Shown in pieces: positions 1 through 13,500 of a DNA stretch of 64,000 bases; position 1 is the stretch's first letter; every line of letters begins with the position of its first letter. The DNA comes from Monocercomonoides exilis PA203 (lineage: Eukaryota > Protista > Preaxostyla). The notes beneath the pieces are model-generated. The model worked only from the letters and a program-made list of their open reading frames with translations. It searched no databases and was not told where the DNA came from. The position numbers and the translations under genes were made by a program. The stretch covers positions 434,001-498,000 of the forward strand of contig LSRY02000023.1 in assembly GCA_001643675.2 (NCBI GenBank), read 5' to 3'.

Positions 1-3000
1 TTGCGAGGCACTTGCTTCAATGCTTTCACTACATGCGAACGTGGCCAGATCTGGTTTTACAAAAGAAATAGATTCAACGGAATTAGTGGTAGGAGATGTT
101 GTTTTTCTTCAAGGAGGAGATAAAATACCAGCTGATTGTCGATTATTTGAAGTTAAAAATTTCCAAACTCAAGAATCTGCACTTACAGGAGAAACAACTT
201 CAAATCCAAAAACGATCGATCCTCTAGCAGAGGATACAGTACTTGGAGAAAGGTCCAATATGGTATTTTCTGGAACTCATGCATCACAGGGAACTGCAAA
301 GGCAGTTGTTGTCGCAACAGGAATTCATACAGAAATTGGAAAAATTAATACAATGGTTCAAAACGTTGATGAGAAAACAACGCCTCTTACTGCTCAAATT
401 AATAAATTTGGTAATATGATGGTTATCATAACAGTTGTTTTAATTGTAATTACATTTTGCGTTCAATTTTTCATGAATATGGACAATACAACATGGCAAG
501 ATTCAATCATTTATGCTGCCAGTCTTGGAGTTGCTGCAGTTCCAGAAGGAATGCCAGCTATTATCGCTTTGACACTAGCTATTGGTATGCAACGAATGGC
601 AAAAAAGAAAGCGTTGATCAGATCTATGCCTGCAGTTGAAACGCTAGGAGCTGTATCTGTTATTTGCTCAGATAAAACTGGTACATTGACTACAAATCAA
701 ATGACAGCTCGTGCTGTTTTGACATCAACAAGGAAATACAGAGTATCAGGAACAGGATATGATCCGTGTGATGGAAGTATTTCAAACTTAGGTGAAGAAG
801 AAGAATTTTCATTGGAAGAGAAAAGTGCTCGAAAACACAGAAAGAAGAATAAGGGCGAATCTTCTTCTTCTTCATCTTCATCTTCATCTTCATCTTCCTC
901 TTCTCAAACTTCTGCATCCCCACACAAACGATCTTCTTCATCAACACCTAAAGTTGCAGCGTTTACAGATAAGCAAAAGAAACATTCTGAAAGACTTCAA
1001 AGCGGAAGACCTCAACGACCTTTATTGAAAAAAGCAGTCCCCAAAACTCAAAGCAATCTTACCAATAAATTGTCAACAGCAAACGTTGTTCAAAGAAAGC
1101 TTGGAAGTGGAACACCCAGACCTGTATCGTCGTTATCGGGACACATCCAACATCCAATGACTCCATTGCCCGGATCAAGTCCAATCAAAGGACTTGGCGG
1201 ATTGTCAAATGTTGGAGGACCTCAAAGCACACAACCTGTTCCTATCATTCGTATTTCAACTCCCAGAGTGGCCACGCCTAGAGTACAAGCACCAGGTCGT
1301 CCATCATCTTCTCTGGCAACAGCTTCAACAAGTACTGCTCAACCACAAGCTCCACAATTACATCCTTCAACATCGTCATTGGCAGGTGTTAGTGAAGAAC
1401 CAAATCCAACTCCGTCATCCGTATTATCTGATATGACTCAACCAACTGCAACTCATATGTCATCTGCTCTTCCTGTTGTTGCTAAAGGACCAGGTGGAAT
1501 TGGAGTGTTTCAAGCAGATTCCTTCTTTTTCTATGACAATCCTCGCCTTGTTAGAGGTCTTATTCGTTGTGGAATTTTGTGCAATGATTCTGCTCTGATG
1601 AAAGACGAAAACGATAGTTGGACAATTCAAGGAGATACTACTGAAGGAGCATTATATCCATTGGCTATCAAATGCGGAGTGGATGTCGCAGAAATTGTGC
1701 TCACATGTCCACGTGTGGATGTTATTCCGTTTGAATCTGACTATGGATTTATGGCAGCCGTTCATAGATGTCCAATTGACCCATCAGATATCAATACGCC
1801 AACATCTGCAGCAAATTACTTTGACTTGCCTTATGAGCCAACAGGAGAAGCGGCATCAGGAATGAATAATCCTTCAACAATCCAATGCAGCGATATTTTG
1901 TTCTTGAAAGGTGCACCAGAGAAAGTGTTCACTTTGTGCGCGACGCAGACAACAGTTGATGCATCAGGACGCGTTATCACCGAGCCATTTGATATTGATT
2001 ATTGGAAAGAAGAGACAGAGAAAATTGCAGCTGTGGGTTTGAGAACAATTGCATTAGCTCAGAGAACATGCGACGTTCGCCGTTTCGAAAATCCAGCTGC
2101 GGCTGCTGAAGAAAGTGAATCGGCATCCAGCTCTTCATCTTCATCTTCTTCAGCTCAGTCAACTTCAAATAACAAGGAAGAATTTAGTCCTCCTCTGGGC
2201 TTTGAAGAGATCAAAAAAGGAGAGTTCACAATTTGGGGTGTTGTTGGAATATTTGATCCTCCACGGCCAGAATCAAAGAAAGCTATTGAACAATGCAAAC
2301 GAGCATCAATCAACGTGAAGATGATTACCGGTGATCATGCAAAGACTGCAGCTGCAATTGGAGGGCTTCTGGGATTGGATGCGTCATCTGTGCTGACTTC
2401 CACAGATTTGGGTAAGATGGATGATGCGCAGCTGGCCGATGCAGTTGAAAAGACAAACATCTTTGCAAGAGCAACTCCAGCTGATAAGTTGAGAATCGTG
2501 AAAGCATTACAAGCTAAAGGATACATCACTGCTATGACTGGTGATGGTGTCAATGATGCACCAGCTCTTAAACAAGCACATGCGGGTGTTGCAATGGGAA
2601 TTAACGGAACCGAAGTTGCAAAAGAAGCTTCAAAAATGATTCTTTTGGATGATAATTTTGCTACTATTGTTTCTGCCGTTGAACAAGGACGTATGGTGTA
2701 TAATTCATTGAAGAGGTCAATTACATACATTCTTCCAACAGGTGCAGCTGAAGTTTTGACGCTGTTTATTTCTTCATTTATATCATTTGTTCCACCAATT
2801 ACAGCGCTTCAAATCCTTTGGGTGAATACAATTACTTCTGTGACACTTTCTTCTCTTATTCCTTTCCAGAAAGGAGAGCATGATGTTTTGAATGTTCCTC
2901 CCAGAGACACAAAGAAAGGACTTTTAACATCAACAGTGTTTGTTAGAACATTGCTTGCTGGTGCTGTTATTGCGTCAACAATCATTGTTTATTTCTATAC

Positions 3001-3532
3001 AATGCTGAAGAAACAATACGACGACGAGTTGCTTATTCGTCGCTTGTCTGCAACGTCTGTTAACATGATCATTTTTGCGGAGATATTCTTCCTTTTCAAT
3101 ACCGTCTATTTGAAAGAAAGCTCTGTCACATGGAGAGCAATTCCTGATGTTGGCGGTGCAACATTGATTGCAATTGTCATCCTTATAATGTTCCAAGTGA
3201 TGCTCACATACATACCTGGCTTGAACGAGATATTTGGCATGTACAATATGCATTGGTACGATTGGGGAATGCCTTTACTTTGCGGAATCATTGTGTTTGT
3301 TGTTATCGAAATCGAAAAAGCAATTAGAAGATGCAGACATCGCATTATCAACAAAAAGAAGCTTGCAAAGAATTCAGCAATTTCTTCATCACATACAGGT
3401 CCAAATGTTAGCAGCTCTTCATCAAACGATGAAGAAATGGAAACAGAAAGCGAATCAGAAAGCGAAGACGAACAAGAGGCGGCTGATGATACAGATTCAT
3501 CAGAGGAAAAAGAAAGTGAAAATAGAATTTAG
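1..3532 (+). CDS. P-type (P2A-like) cation-transporting ATPase, 5' end lies upstream of the window
   Basis: Motifs ESALTGET (actuator), VAAVPEGMP (TM4), [10 protein letters not shown] (phospho-Asp at 671), [26 protein letters not shown] and six C-terminal TM segments. The frame is open upstream of the ATG at 20 ([16 protein letters not shown], the post-TM2 region), so the ORF is truncated by the window edge. Confidence 0.95.
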   Translation, partial: CEALASMLSLHANVARSGFTKEIDSTELVVGDVVFLQGGDKIPADCRLFEVKNFQTQESALTGETTSNPKTIDPLAEDTVLGERSNMVFSGTHASQGTAKAVVVATGIHTEIGKINTMVQNVDEKTTPLTAQINKFGNMMVIITVVLIVITFCVQFFMNMDNTTWQDSIIYAASLGVAAVPEGMPAIIALTLAIGMQRMAKKKALIRSMPAVETLGAVSVICSDKTGTLTTNQMTARAVLTSTRKYRVSGTGYDPCDGSISNLGEEEEFSLEEKSARKHRKKNKGESSSSSSSSSSSSSSSQTSASPHKRSSSSTPKVAAFTDKQKKHSERLQSGRPQRPLLKKAVPKTQSNLTNKLSTANVVQRKLGSGTPRPVSSLSGHIQHPMTPLPGSSPIKGLGGLSNVGGPQSTQPVPIIRISTPRVATPRVQAPGRPSSSLATASTSTAQPQAPQLHPSTSSLAGVSEEPNPTPSSVLSDMTQPTATHMSSALPVVAKGPGGIGVFQADSFFFYDNPRLVRGLIRCGILCNDSALMKDENDSWTIQGDTTEGALYPLAIKCGVDVAEIVLTCPRVDVIPFESDYGFMAAVHRCPIDPSDINTPTSAANYFDLPYEPTGEAASGMNNPSTIQCSDILFLKGAPEKVFTLCATQTTVDASGRVITEPFDIDYWKEETEKIAAVGLRTIALAQRTCDVRRFENPAAAAEESESASSSSSSSSSAQSTSNNKEEFSPPLGFEEIKKGEFTIWGVVGIFDPPRPESKKAIEQCKRASINVKMITGDHAKTAAAIGGLLGLDASSVLTSTDLGKMDDAQLADAVEKTNIFARATPADKLRIVKALQAKGYITAMTGDGVNDAPALKQAHAGVAMGINGTEVAKEASKMILLDDNFATIVSAVEQGRMVYNSLKRSITYILPTGAAEVLTLFISSFISFVPPITALQILWVNTITSVTLSSLIPFQKGEHDVLNVPPRDTKKGLLTSTVFVRTLLAGAVIASTIIVYFYTMLKKQYDDELLIRRLSATSVNMIIFAEIFFLFNTVYLKESSVTWRAIPDVGGATLIAIVILIMFQVMLTYIPGLNEIFGMYNMHWYDWGMPLLCGIIVFVVIEIEKAIRRCRHRIINKKKLAKNSAISSSHTGPNVSSSSSNDEEMETESESESEDEQEAADDTDSSEEKESENRI

Positions 3533-3999
3533 AACAACTTTCTGTTGGTAGACTTTTTGAGTGAATAAAAAATTAAATATTACATATTTGTTTTTGGAGA
3601 CATAGCATGTCTCTTCTTTATATCCCACAGTTTTTAAAGTTTTATTGTTATCTACCCTTAAGTTTTTACCCGCCTTTTTAACATCAAGAAGTTTATGTAG
3701 TTTTGTTTGATTTTGAATGATTTGGTTTTTCATCTTTTTTTTTCTTATAAATTTTTACATTCATTATTAAATGATAAGTTCTTGAAATATCCACTTAATA
3801 ATATGCTTTTTAGTAACTGTTTTAAACAGGATTAATTTTGTCTTTTGATCAACAAAAAGTAATTAAAAACTTCAAAGAATTAGAAAGTTTACTAATCTCG
3901 TCAAATTGGTAGCCTGATAACAAATATTATACGAATGTAAACACTATTAGTACCTTCGCTACAGTCTTGTTTGTCATTTGAAATTTCAATCAGTGAAGA

Positions 4000-4989
4000 A
4001 TGTCAACGATTGTATTTGGCAGAAACTTGCTGGATAGCAATTTATCCTTTGCAGCTATCATAATCGGGGGTATGGCGGTTATGACATGGTTTGTGAGCTT
4101 CTTTGCTTCGATCGACAAGCTCACATGGATGTTCCCACTGTCTGTCCTTGCCTCCTCCATCACTATCTTTTCTCTCTCAAGACAATTCAACTTTCGCCAA
4201 ATCCTCCTTTTTGTTTACACTGTTCTTTGGGGAGTGCGTCTTTTCGTTCATCTTGTCAGAAGGATTGCAGCTGATAAATTGGATAGACGATTTGACAACA
4301 TCAGAAATAGCGCATTTAAGAGACTTCTGTTTTGCCTTGGAGGAATGGTTTTGTCATATGCCTTCATTATGCCCCAAACGATTGTAAACTCTATTCTTCC
4401 ACAATATCAGCCAAGATTTGGCGTTATGGATGTTATTGGAATCGTTTTCTGGACCGTTGGATTTTTGATGGAAATGGTTGCAGATATCCAACTCTTCAAC
4501 TTTACACACAAGGCAGAAAACCGCGGAATGATCTACAACAAAGGTTTGTGGTCACATCTTCGCCATCCCAACTACATTGGTGAATTCCTCCAATGGTGGG
4601 GCATGTTCATGATCACAACTCCAGCTTTGTACAAGCTTGAATGGCTCTCAATTCTTGCACCTATTTTCATTTCGGTTATGACACTATTTGTAAGCGGAAT
4701 TCCTCCAGCTGAACGTGCAACACACGATGAATATCTGAATGATCCAGAGTATCATAGCTATCTTGCTGACAGCGGCAAATATATTCCATGGTTCAGCCGT
4801 AGCGATAAAGATGTTAGCAACATGAATCGCAGAGCAGTTCCAGAGTCTGCATCTTCAGCTTCAACTGCATCTTCTCGCCAAAATGAAGAAGAAATGAGAG
4901 CACGCCGCAATGATGCTGCAAGAAACAAATATGGTCAAATGCAGCAAGGACAAACACATGTTGGAAGCGGAATTGCAACAGAGAACTAA
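4000..4989 (+). CDS. DUF1295 / steroid 5-alpha-reductase-like membrane protein
   Basis: Multi-TM protein with LWGVRLFVHL..RI..D.RF, E.VAD.QL..F, GLWSHLRHPNYIGE...WWG and SGIP..E....Y..Y motifs typical of DUF1295. Single exon. Confidence 0.9.
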   Translation: MSTIVFGRNLLDSNLSFAAIIIGGMAVMTWFVSFFASIDKLTWMFPLSVLASSITIFSLSRQFNFRQILLFVYTVLWGVRLFVHLVRRIAADKLDRRFDNIRNSAFKRLLFCLGGMVLSYAFIMPQTIVNSILPQYQPRFGVMDVIGIVFWTVGFLMEMVADIQLFNFTHKAENRGMIYNKGLWSHLRHPNYIGEFLQWWGMFMITTPALYKLEWLSILAPIFISVMTLFVSGIPPAERATHDEYLNDPEYHSYLADSGKYIPWFSRSDKDVSNMNRRAVPESASSASTASSRQNEEEMRARRNDAARNKYGQMQQGQTHVGSGIATEN

Positions 4990-5246
4990 ACATTCAAAAT
5001 CTATTTTAGAAAGTCAAATTATGCTTTTCTTTATTCTTTTATCCCCAAAGTTTTCATAAACTTTTTTTAAGTTTCGATTAAACTTTTTCTTTCTTTTCGC
5101 AAAGTTTAGTCACATCTTGAAATTCAACTTTTAGAAAAACTTTTGGACTACTATCAATAAAAATATCAAACTAATGAATACACTTTTTTTGAATAAGCAT
5201 CACTTTAACAGAAAATTTCGAAACCATCCCTTTACAAATTTATTTA

Positions 5247-6570
5247 TGATTGAAATTCTCCAACCTGAGGAGTACGTGATTCAAAAACAATTTGCAATTG
5301 TTGCTGAAATTGATAAAAAGTCCACAAGCTCTGTATTAGGGTTAAATATTTTAATATTTATTGATATTATTTGCTCATTGGCAAGATTTCTTTATTTTTT
5401 AGATTTCTTTCAAAACATTTTCCCTTATCAGACAATTTTCAGCATCTAAAAAGAATAAAAAAGCTAAGCGATAGCAAGGGTTTGCTATCTTTTTGCAATT
5501 CTATTTTATCAATTTCCTATTATCAAGATCATTTGCTTATATTCATTGACTGCTTTGCTCCTGCAATTTTTGAAACTGATGATAAAGAAAAAAGTCTAGT
5601 ACCAGATCTGCAACTGTTTTTAAATGGACTTGAGCAGGAAAAGCGTCAACTTCTTTTTGAAAAACTTACAGAAACATCACTAAAAATTGATGTTGTTCCA
5701 TCAAAAATACCACAAACAAAAGAAGAATTTTCATATTGGAATCAAGTCTGGCCCGTAGTTATGAGTAGATCTGTTGTCGTTGATGGAAAACCCCAAACTT
5801 TTGGATACGGCTCTCTAAAGGCAGAAGATGAAGCGACTCTGATGAAAAGATTGATGAATCTTGCATTATTTTTAAGCCAGATAAGATCAAAAGAAACCAA
5901 ATCAAAGGAAGAATGTTTTTATTCAGATGAAAGAATGGAATGTGATTGCTTACAAGGTGTTGTGATTGTTGATCCTTCAACGTGCAATATTGTTGCAACT
6001 TCTGCTCCATCATCTTTGTTACAAAAAAGCGATTCAAAGGAGACATCACCAGAATTGGAACTTTTAGCTTCATCAATGATAATTGATAGCAACCCTGAAT
6101 TTTCGCTTTGTGATTTAGACAATCCAATTATGCATCCGATTATGATTGCCATTGGGCGAGTAGGAGATGGAATACCACGATTGCAAGACGTAACACAAAA
6201 TAAATTAGGAGAAGATGCACCTTCCTCATCTCTTACCCCATCAATGATAACAGAATCATCATCATCATCATCTTCATCTTCACCAGCTCCTTCATCTTCA
6301 TCTTCTTCAAGTTCAGCAACAATTCCGCAACAGCATAATAATCATGCATCTTTAGGATACCTTTGCACAGGCTATGATGCTTACCTTTCTCACGAGCCTT
6401 GCATTATGTGTGGGATGGCTCTCGTTCATTCACGATTTAATCGCGTTTTTTTTGCTCATTCTTCTCCGAAACATGGAGCATTTGGCTCAGTCTGCTATCT
6501 TCATACCGAAAAACAATTGAATCATAAATTAAGGGTCTGGAAGTTTCCCTTTGTTAGCGATAAGGATTAA
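5247..6570 (+). CDS. TAD3: tRNA-specific adenosine-34 deaminase non-catalytic subunit Tad3/ADAT3
   Basis: HLKRIKK, VP...P.TKEE...W...WPV, HPIMIAI (no catalytic Glu) and YLCTGYD.Y..HEPC.MC.MALVHSR..RVF...LNH. Intron 5341..5402 (GT..AG) joins ...SSVLG to FLSKHF in frame. A possible second in-frame intron lies at 5480..5527. The start ATG at 5247 is inferred (5174 is an alternative). Confidence 0.9.
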
Positions 6571-6687
6571 AGAGCAACAACAATCGTGCCCTATGAAGTG
6601 AAAAATGAATTGAAGAAATATTACTTTCATAAAGAATATGAAAAGAAGAGATACACCAATGGAACCCAAAGAAAGAAATAGAATGTT

Positions 6688-7167
6688 TCATTGACGGTTT
6701 ATTGACCATTCTATATCGGTTATTGAAACTTCAGATTGAGTTTTTTCATCATAATCATACCATTCATCAGATAAATCGACTTCAGGAAATTTCGTTCCAC
6801 TTTCTGTTCCTTCTGCTTGCCATTCACCATCTGGTTGAAATTCTATTATTTCACATCCTCGACATTCCAAGATAAGAAGGTTTTGCCTTTCTCCAGAATG
6901 TTCATCTTTGTACACATGAAATGGTTCCTCAAAAGAAATAGATAAATCTCTTCTGCAATTCCTGCATTTCAAAATGAAATTTGCTTCACCTTTGCTTTTT
7001 GGAATGTCGTGAACTTCACTTCTCGAAATGCCAACCCAATTTGGATGCTTTTCACGGCAATGAGTGCATTCAACTTTAAAGCTATAATAATAATTTTCTT
7101 CATCTACAGGACTTAGATTTGTAACTCCATTTAACGAAGCTTTCAGGGATAATGCAAGCTTTCCCAT
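6688..7167 (-). CDS. DUF866 / CXXC-motif zinc-binding protein (CZIB/C1orf123-like)
   Basis: 159 aa with two CxxC motifs (CTHC, CRNC), GEANF, ECRG.E..EF.P.GEW and SGTKF..VDL..EWYDYDEK...EVSI. Confidence 0.93.
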   Translation of the reverse strand: MGKLALSLKASLNGVTNLSPVDEENYYYSFKVECTHCREKHPNWVGISRSEVHDIPKSKGEANFILKCRNCRRDLSISFEEPFHVYKDEHSGERQNLLILECRGCEIIEFQPDGEWQAEGTESGTKFPEVDLSDEWYDYDEKTQSEVSITDIEWSINRQ

Positions 7168-7558
7168 GAATATTGAGGAAATGAATATTCAATTTTTCCT
7201 GATCAAAGCGATATATAACTTAATAGAATCGAAAATAAATGAATGATAAAAACATAGGTTTTTGAAGAGAGAATCGAAATGAATAATATAAAAATTGCAA
7301 ACAAAAGTTAACATTCACAAAAAAAATTTTTTATTTCCCTAAACAGTAAATATTTTTTAAATAAACACCTCAAAAACATTATTCAACTTAACATCAATTC
7401 TGATTAACAATTTATAATAACAACAATTTCACATTAACAAAAGACGTTTCAGTCAAAACGTTTGAATTACAGTAAAATCTCTTCGCATAACCACTTTCAT
7501 TTATTAAAAATATGTGATTATTTTTTTGTTAAAAATTCCCCCTTTACGTTAATAAATG

Positions 7559-10500
7559 CTACTTTCTGAACCCGAATCCTCTCCTTGCAGCTAAAAACTC
7601 GCTTCTCTCCTTCTCGTCTTTCTCCAGCTGCTCCTGCTTCGCTCTTTTGTTCTTTGTAGTCGTGAATATGGACTTGGCCACCGACTTCGCAAACGATGAC
7701 CCACCGCCAAGCACAACCGCTTTGATCAGAGAAGTCCTGAGCTTGGCAAAGAGCTGCTTGTATGAGCACGTGAGTGAGTGGAACACGATCGGCTGTATTT
7801 TGATGGGGCACTCGTCGAAGTCGAGTATCGTTGTCTGTTTATCTCCGCCTTCGCCTGACGTGTTGCGGTAGGAGATGACTGCCTCGTCCATCTGAATGTT
7901 TATGTAGTTGAAGAGAACATATTTCTTCGCCCGGTGCTTCATCTCCTCCACTTGCATAGACTCCCCGCTTTGCCCACTCCCAGATACAGACATTGACGAG
8001 TCACCGGCTCCATCGCCTGCCAAATCGTCTTTTTGCTTTTGCTTCTGTTTTTCTTTTTCTTTCTCTTTTTCCTTCTCTTTCTCTTTCTCTTTCTTTTTGG
8101 CTGCTTCTTGCTCACTCAGCTCGTCAAGATCTGTCGAAGACTCTTCTGACGACTCGCTCTCTTCCTCATCTGTGCTCTCTGCCTCTTCCTCCTCCATCTC
8201 CTCATCATGAAACTCATCATAGTCATCAAATATCCCTTTGTCTTCACTCCCTCCTTTCTCTCTCCTACTGCTGCTGCTGCCTTGCCCTGCAGTCGGATAA
8301 CGTTGGTGAGGCATCCCATTCACAGGGGAAGATGCAGGCGGAGGGCGAATGGCAACTTTGTTGTGCAGAATAAGCCCATTCGGCGTCTCGTCGTATCGCT
8401 CATTCACCAGAAACACCTTTGTCCCTGTGTCGTGTGCCTTCGCAATGCCTTGTTCTAACCCAGAAAGAGATAGAGAAGTGGAATAAAGCAAAGTCGAGGC
8501 AGAGTTCAGAACAGCGTTGCAGCGTCCGATGTAGTTGAGGATGCTGAAGAAGATGATGCTGTGTGTTAAAGACGCAGGGAAGTACACCTTCAGCACTTGT
8601 AGAATGAACGATGGAGAAACCTGCATACGAGAAGAAGAAGAAGAAGAATTCTGCAGCGTTGCATTGGTTGATGAAAGCAATGGAGAAACCGATCCAAAAG
8701 CAGCTGAAGCATTTAAGCCATCAGAAGAACTGAGCGAAGACTCAGTCATTCCAGAGCCGTCCAGCAGGGAGGAAGCATTTGACGCGAAGGAGATTGGCTG
8801 GAATGCTGAGTGGTGCAGAAGGAACGGGCGAAAAGCTCCGACAGCCGAGGCTGGTGTGAGACAGAGCGGAGAAATAAGAGAGAAGAAAGGCAAGACACCG
8901 TCTACAGACACGAAGGGTGGGAACTGGCGAGTGGTTGTGATTGGGAAGAGGACAGATGTGAGTGTCTGGAGTTCATGTTTAGCTGGCTGTTCTGAGTCTA
9001 TTTTGAGTCCAATGGCATTGTCTGGCTTATCGTGTAGAGTGAGTTGGTCTCCAGTTTGTTCATTGGAATTCAAAGTTGGGCTTTCTTTCTCTTTCTCTCT
9101 TTCTCTTTCTTCTTTCACTTCTTCTCCTTCCTTTTCTTCCTCTCCTTCCTCTTTTCTACTTTCCTCGAACTGTCCAGGCGACAATGGAAGAATGAATGAG
9201 CCAGCATCTGATGTGACCACAGTTGGAGAGAGAACAGTTGACTGGATGCTCAGCTTTGATGGGCGACGGCAGGTGGCGGTGCGTGCAGTGAGTGGAGAGA
9301 AAGTGGAGAGAGGAGAAATGAGTGTGGGGGTAGATAGCACACGTGTGGTGGTTGTGGAGGATGTGGAGGTGGAGGTGATGACGTGAGAGGAGTGGTGAGA
9401 TGATGGAGAAGAAGAAGAAGAAGAAGAAGAAGAAGAAGAAGATGATGATTGGGATAGTATTCTGCTTGTTGAATGTTCTGGTGTTTGATTTGGAATCGTC
9501 AAAGTCAAAGATGCAGAACTCGAAAGTGAATGAGAAGAAGAAGAAGAAGACAAAGAAGAAGATGAAGAAGAAGCTGAAGGAGATTCAGAAGGCAGCAAGA
9601 GATCAGCCAGGTCGGGAGAGCTTGAGCTTGGCAGGCCCAAATATGTCTCATAGCTGACAGGCGGAAGAACAGGAGAAGGCTGAGGATGATGCAGCTGAGT
9701 GGGAGAGAGGCGAGAGATGTGAGGAGAAGGAGAAGGAGAATAAGAAGGAGGAACTGATTGGATGGTTGAAAGTGAAGCAGAAGAGTTTGGTGAGTGGAGC
9801 GTGGCGAACAAAGCAGAAGAAGAGGAAGAAGAAGAAAGAGAAGAAGAAGAAGAAGAAGAAGACAAAGATGGCAGAGAACTGGATGGCAGAGGAGGTGTTG
9901 TGAATCCAGAAGCCCTTGCAAATGCGAGTGAAGGAGGCGGAAGCGTTGCCACTTTCTTCTGAAGCACCGGGGCAGGCGACTGATATGAGGGAAACATCTT
10001 CATCCTCTCCTTTTCGAGTCTTTCGCGTTCTTTCTCTCTCTTTTCTCTCTCTTCTTTCTCCTTCTTCAGCTTCTCTTGACGCTGCATCGCCTTCTTCTTC
10101 CTGTTCGGGAAGAAGTAATGGAACAGCACGAAGAAGATGTCCTTTGACACACGCGCCTCCAAAGAAGTTAAATGCACTTCTAATTGATCATACACCGTCT
10201 GCCCAGCAACTGGCGCTCTTTGCATAGCAACCAGACGGAAGATGCAGTTGTGCGATGGGCGGAACTGAGAATAAGAGGAGAAGGTGTTGGCGGCAAAAGG
10301 AGAGGAAAAGGGGGAGGAGAGGAGAACCATGGGAGTGCCAGGGAATGAGGAAGAAGAAGAAGAAGAAGAAGAGGTTGGAAGGTTGTCCAAACGCTGCAGA
10401 TCTCGAGGGAATGCAGCAGAAGGCAATGAAGATGTTGACGACGAAGAAGAACCAGAAGAAGATGAACCTCCAGCTATTTCAGTGTGTTTTGTTACAAGTG

Positions 10501-13500
10501 CTCTGTCATCTTTGATTCCATATGATGAAAGAACAGAATTTCTGCCTTCGTCTTCAAACAGAGTGGCTGAAAAACGAGAGGGAATAACACGAGACACGGC
10601 ATTTTTCAGTCGAGAAAGAGCGCTATGAGAGGAAGAAGAGGAAGAAGAGGTGGAAGATGAAGAATTTGATTGTTGCGCTGTCTCTGTCGTTCCAAGCACT
10701 TCTGGAGCAGGTTCATCCGAAGAAGCAGAGGAAGCAGAAGCATATGCCGCAGAAGTCGATGGCTGTGAAGAGCAGCGTTTAAGCTGGCGTTGTTGCTCCT
10801 TTTCTGTCGGTGGGTTGATCTGAAATGGCTGATTTGACCCAATCTGCATGGGTGCTCTTTGCATTGGTGGTGGAGTGAGTGTTCTTTCTTTTGAAGGAGG
10901 TGGAATAACAGCTTCAGTTGTGGTGCCGGCAAACACATTGGCTGCGGCTGAAGGAGGATGAGGAGGAGGTTTGAGCGATGCGGAAGAAGCAGAAGAAGAT
11001 GACGATGAACTAGTCAGAGAGCTGAACAGATCGTCGTCCGCTAATCCACCAGAAGGTGGTAGTGCAGAGCTTGGCGGGAGAGATGGGAGCGTAGTTGGAG
11101 GAAGCGCAGCTCCTGATGCTGATGAAGACAGCGACGTTGCTTCTCTTGTTGACAGAGAACTGAACGGAGCAGCAGAAGCAGAAGAGGAAGAAGAAGATTG
11201 CATTGACGACGAAGCATTTCCAGCTCCTGAAGGAATCTCCAATGGTTTGATTGCAGGAATAACAGGGAAGCGATTGCTGCTATCTGAAACCTGTCCCAAT
11301 GTGTCAAGCAAAGAGTCATCAGGTGCAGTCGAAGAAAGAGACGGGGTGAGTGCCTTTGGAGAGAGAAGCATGGGAGCTGTGGAAGAGTTGAATGAAGAAG
11401 CATTCAGAAGAGATTGATTGCTTTGAATTGCAGAGGAAGTAGAATTGTCTCTACCCTTTGTAGATGAAGTGGATGATTGGGATGAATACATGGATGTGGA
11501 GAATGGAGCAGATGCAGAACCAGTAGAAGGCAAAGAGGACACAGAAGGAGGACGTTGATTACGTGAAGAAGAAGCAGCAGCAGTGCTTTGTGATTGAAAA
11601 GAAGAATTAGAATTAGAAGAAGAAGAAGAAGCAGGCAGAGGCGGAGCAAGCATCGTTGGTGGTGGTGCCAGCATCACCACTTTCTTCTTGTTGCGCGCAA
11701 ATAGCATCTGTCTAAATCTTTGTGTCTCTGCCCTGTGGTTGAGAGCAGTGAGTGATTCAACACCAATCTCTAGCTGGAACTTCTGCGACTGGAAAAGGGC
11801 TGCTGTGAATTTGAAGCCTTCCAGTGTGAAGCGCATGACAGGTTTTCCGTCTAACACAAGATTCCATTCTAAAGATTCACAGGCAAACTGCACGTGCATG
11901 TACGGTACTTTGTCACCGAAGGATCCAGCCTCTTCTTTCTTCTCAGCCAATTCAGCTGCTTTGTAGAGGCGTCTCAGCTGCACAAGCTGCGCCACGTGGC
12001 TCATTGCCTCTTTGATCTGCTTTTGTAGGGCAGGAGAAATAGCAGCATTTTGTTGTGAAGAAGAAGAAGAAGTAAAGTCGTCTACAGGCAACTGAGCGAG
12101 AGAAAGTGTGGTAGACGACGAGGAGGCAGGGAGCTGAGTGAGTGTGGAGAGCATTGAGGCAGGTGTAGCCGAAGCAACTCCCTCAGAGCCGACAGGCGAT
12201 GGAGTGGTGCTGCCTATCACAGTCTCGTTCTCTTGCTCTGTCATCTCCACCAGCGCAAACTGCTTCACAGAATTCCGCCGCGACAGGGCGATGCTCTGCT
12301 TTGCGCTTATCTGCTCGGAAAGAGATGACTGCAATTGCTGCTGTTGTTGAGTCACTGTCTGCTCCCGGTGCTGTGAGGAAGATGCAGACGATTCGATTTC
12401 AGTCACAACATCCTCCAGCTGCGCACGATCCATCTTGATCCGCCGCTTCGCCTGTGCAATCTTGTCTCTCAATTCCTTCTTCATTTTCGCTCTTTCTTTT
12501 GCCAGATCTTCTCTTGTTTGCTCAGCACGATATCCTCCTCCTCCTCCTCCTGCTCCATTCCCGTCTTCCCATCCATCGCCCAAGCTCTGCCCTGCTGCTG
12601 CAGCAGCCGACGCCTCCATCATCTTCTTCAGCTCAAGCGTCAGCAAGTTGTCTGACACAATGTTTCCTTCGTCGTCCTGTGTCAGCTCGCTCTGTGCAGC
12701 CAGCAGCACTTTCGTGATTGTGGTGAGCATCACAGTGAACTGGGACTCAGTCAGTGTGCCTTCCAATTCTGATACGTTGAAGTTGATCTGGCTGGTGGGG
12801 ACAAGAAAAGCGCGGGAGTTGCGGTCAGTTGTGGTGATGTATGCGATTTTGATGGGGAATGGAAGGAAAGCGGTGCGGAGAGTGGGGCCTCTGACTGTTC
12901 CCGGTGAAAGTGCACCTGTTAGCAAGTAGGCAGACGATGGAGGTGGATGCTTTGGCTCGTCTGTTGCTGTTGCTGATGATGAAGAAAATGATAAGTGAGA
13001 AGAAGAAGTTATTGAAGGTTCCATGACAGTTGCTATGCTCATTGTTAGAATTCCATCTTTCTCCTCTTCGCTTCCTTGTTCTTCTTTTTCATTTTTCATT
13101 CTATCATCATCGTCTTCATTTCTCATCATGTTCTCCTTCTCTGCCTGTCTCTTAAACCTTCTGTTGTTTCTTGTGTTGTCTGCAAACAAGAGCCACTCCG
13201 TTGGCATCAGCAGTCTTCTGAAGTGTGCAGACAAAATGCCCTTTTGCCTTCTTATTCCAAATGTGCCATTGAACAGCTGGTCAAACACGGTGCGTGCATA
13301 CAGAGAGGACAAAGGCACACAATCACCGTCATCATATGAAGCAACTGCGCCTTGCAGTGCGCTGGTGGTGAAGATATACTCAGTGCGAATGTAGAACTGG
13401 GGCTTTGACGAAGACAGGTTTGATATGTCTGTTGGGTTGATAGCTGGCGATGGCGTTGGCTGTGCTGATTTTTCACCCAATTGAGCAGATGCACCAAATG

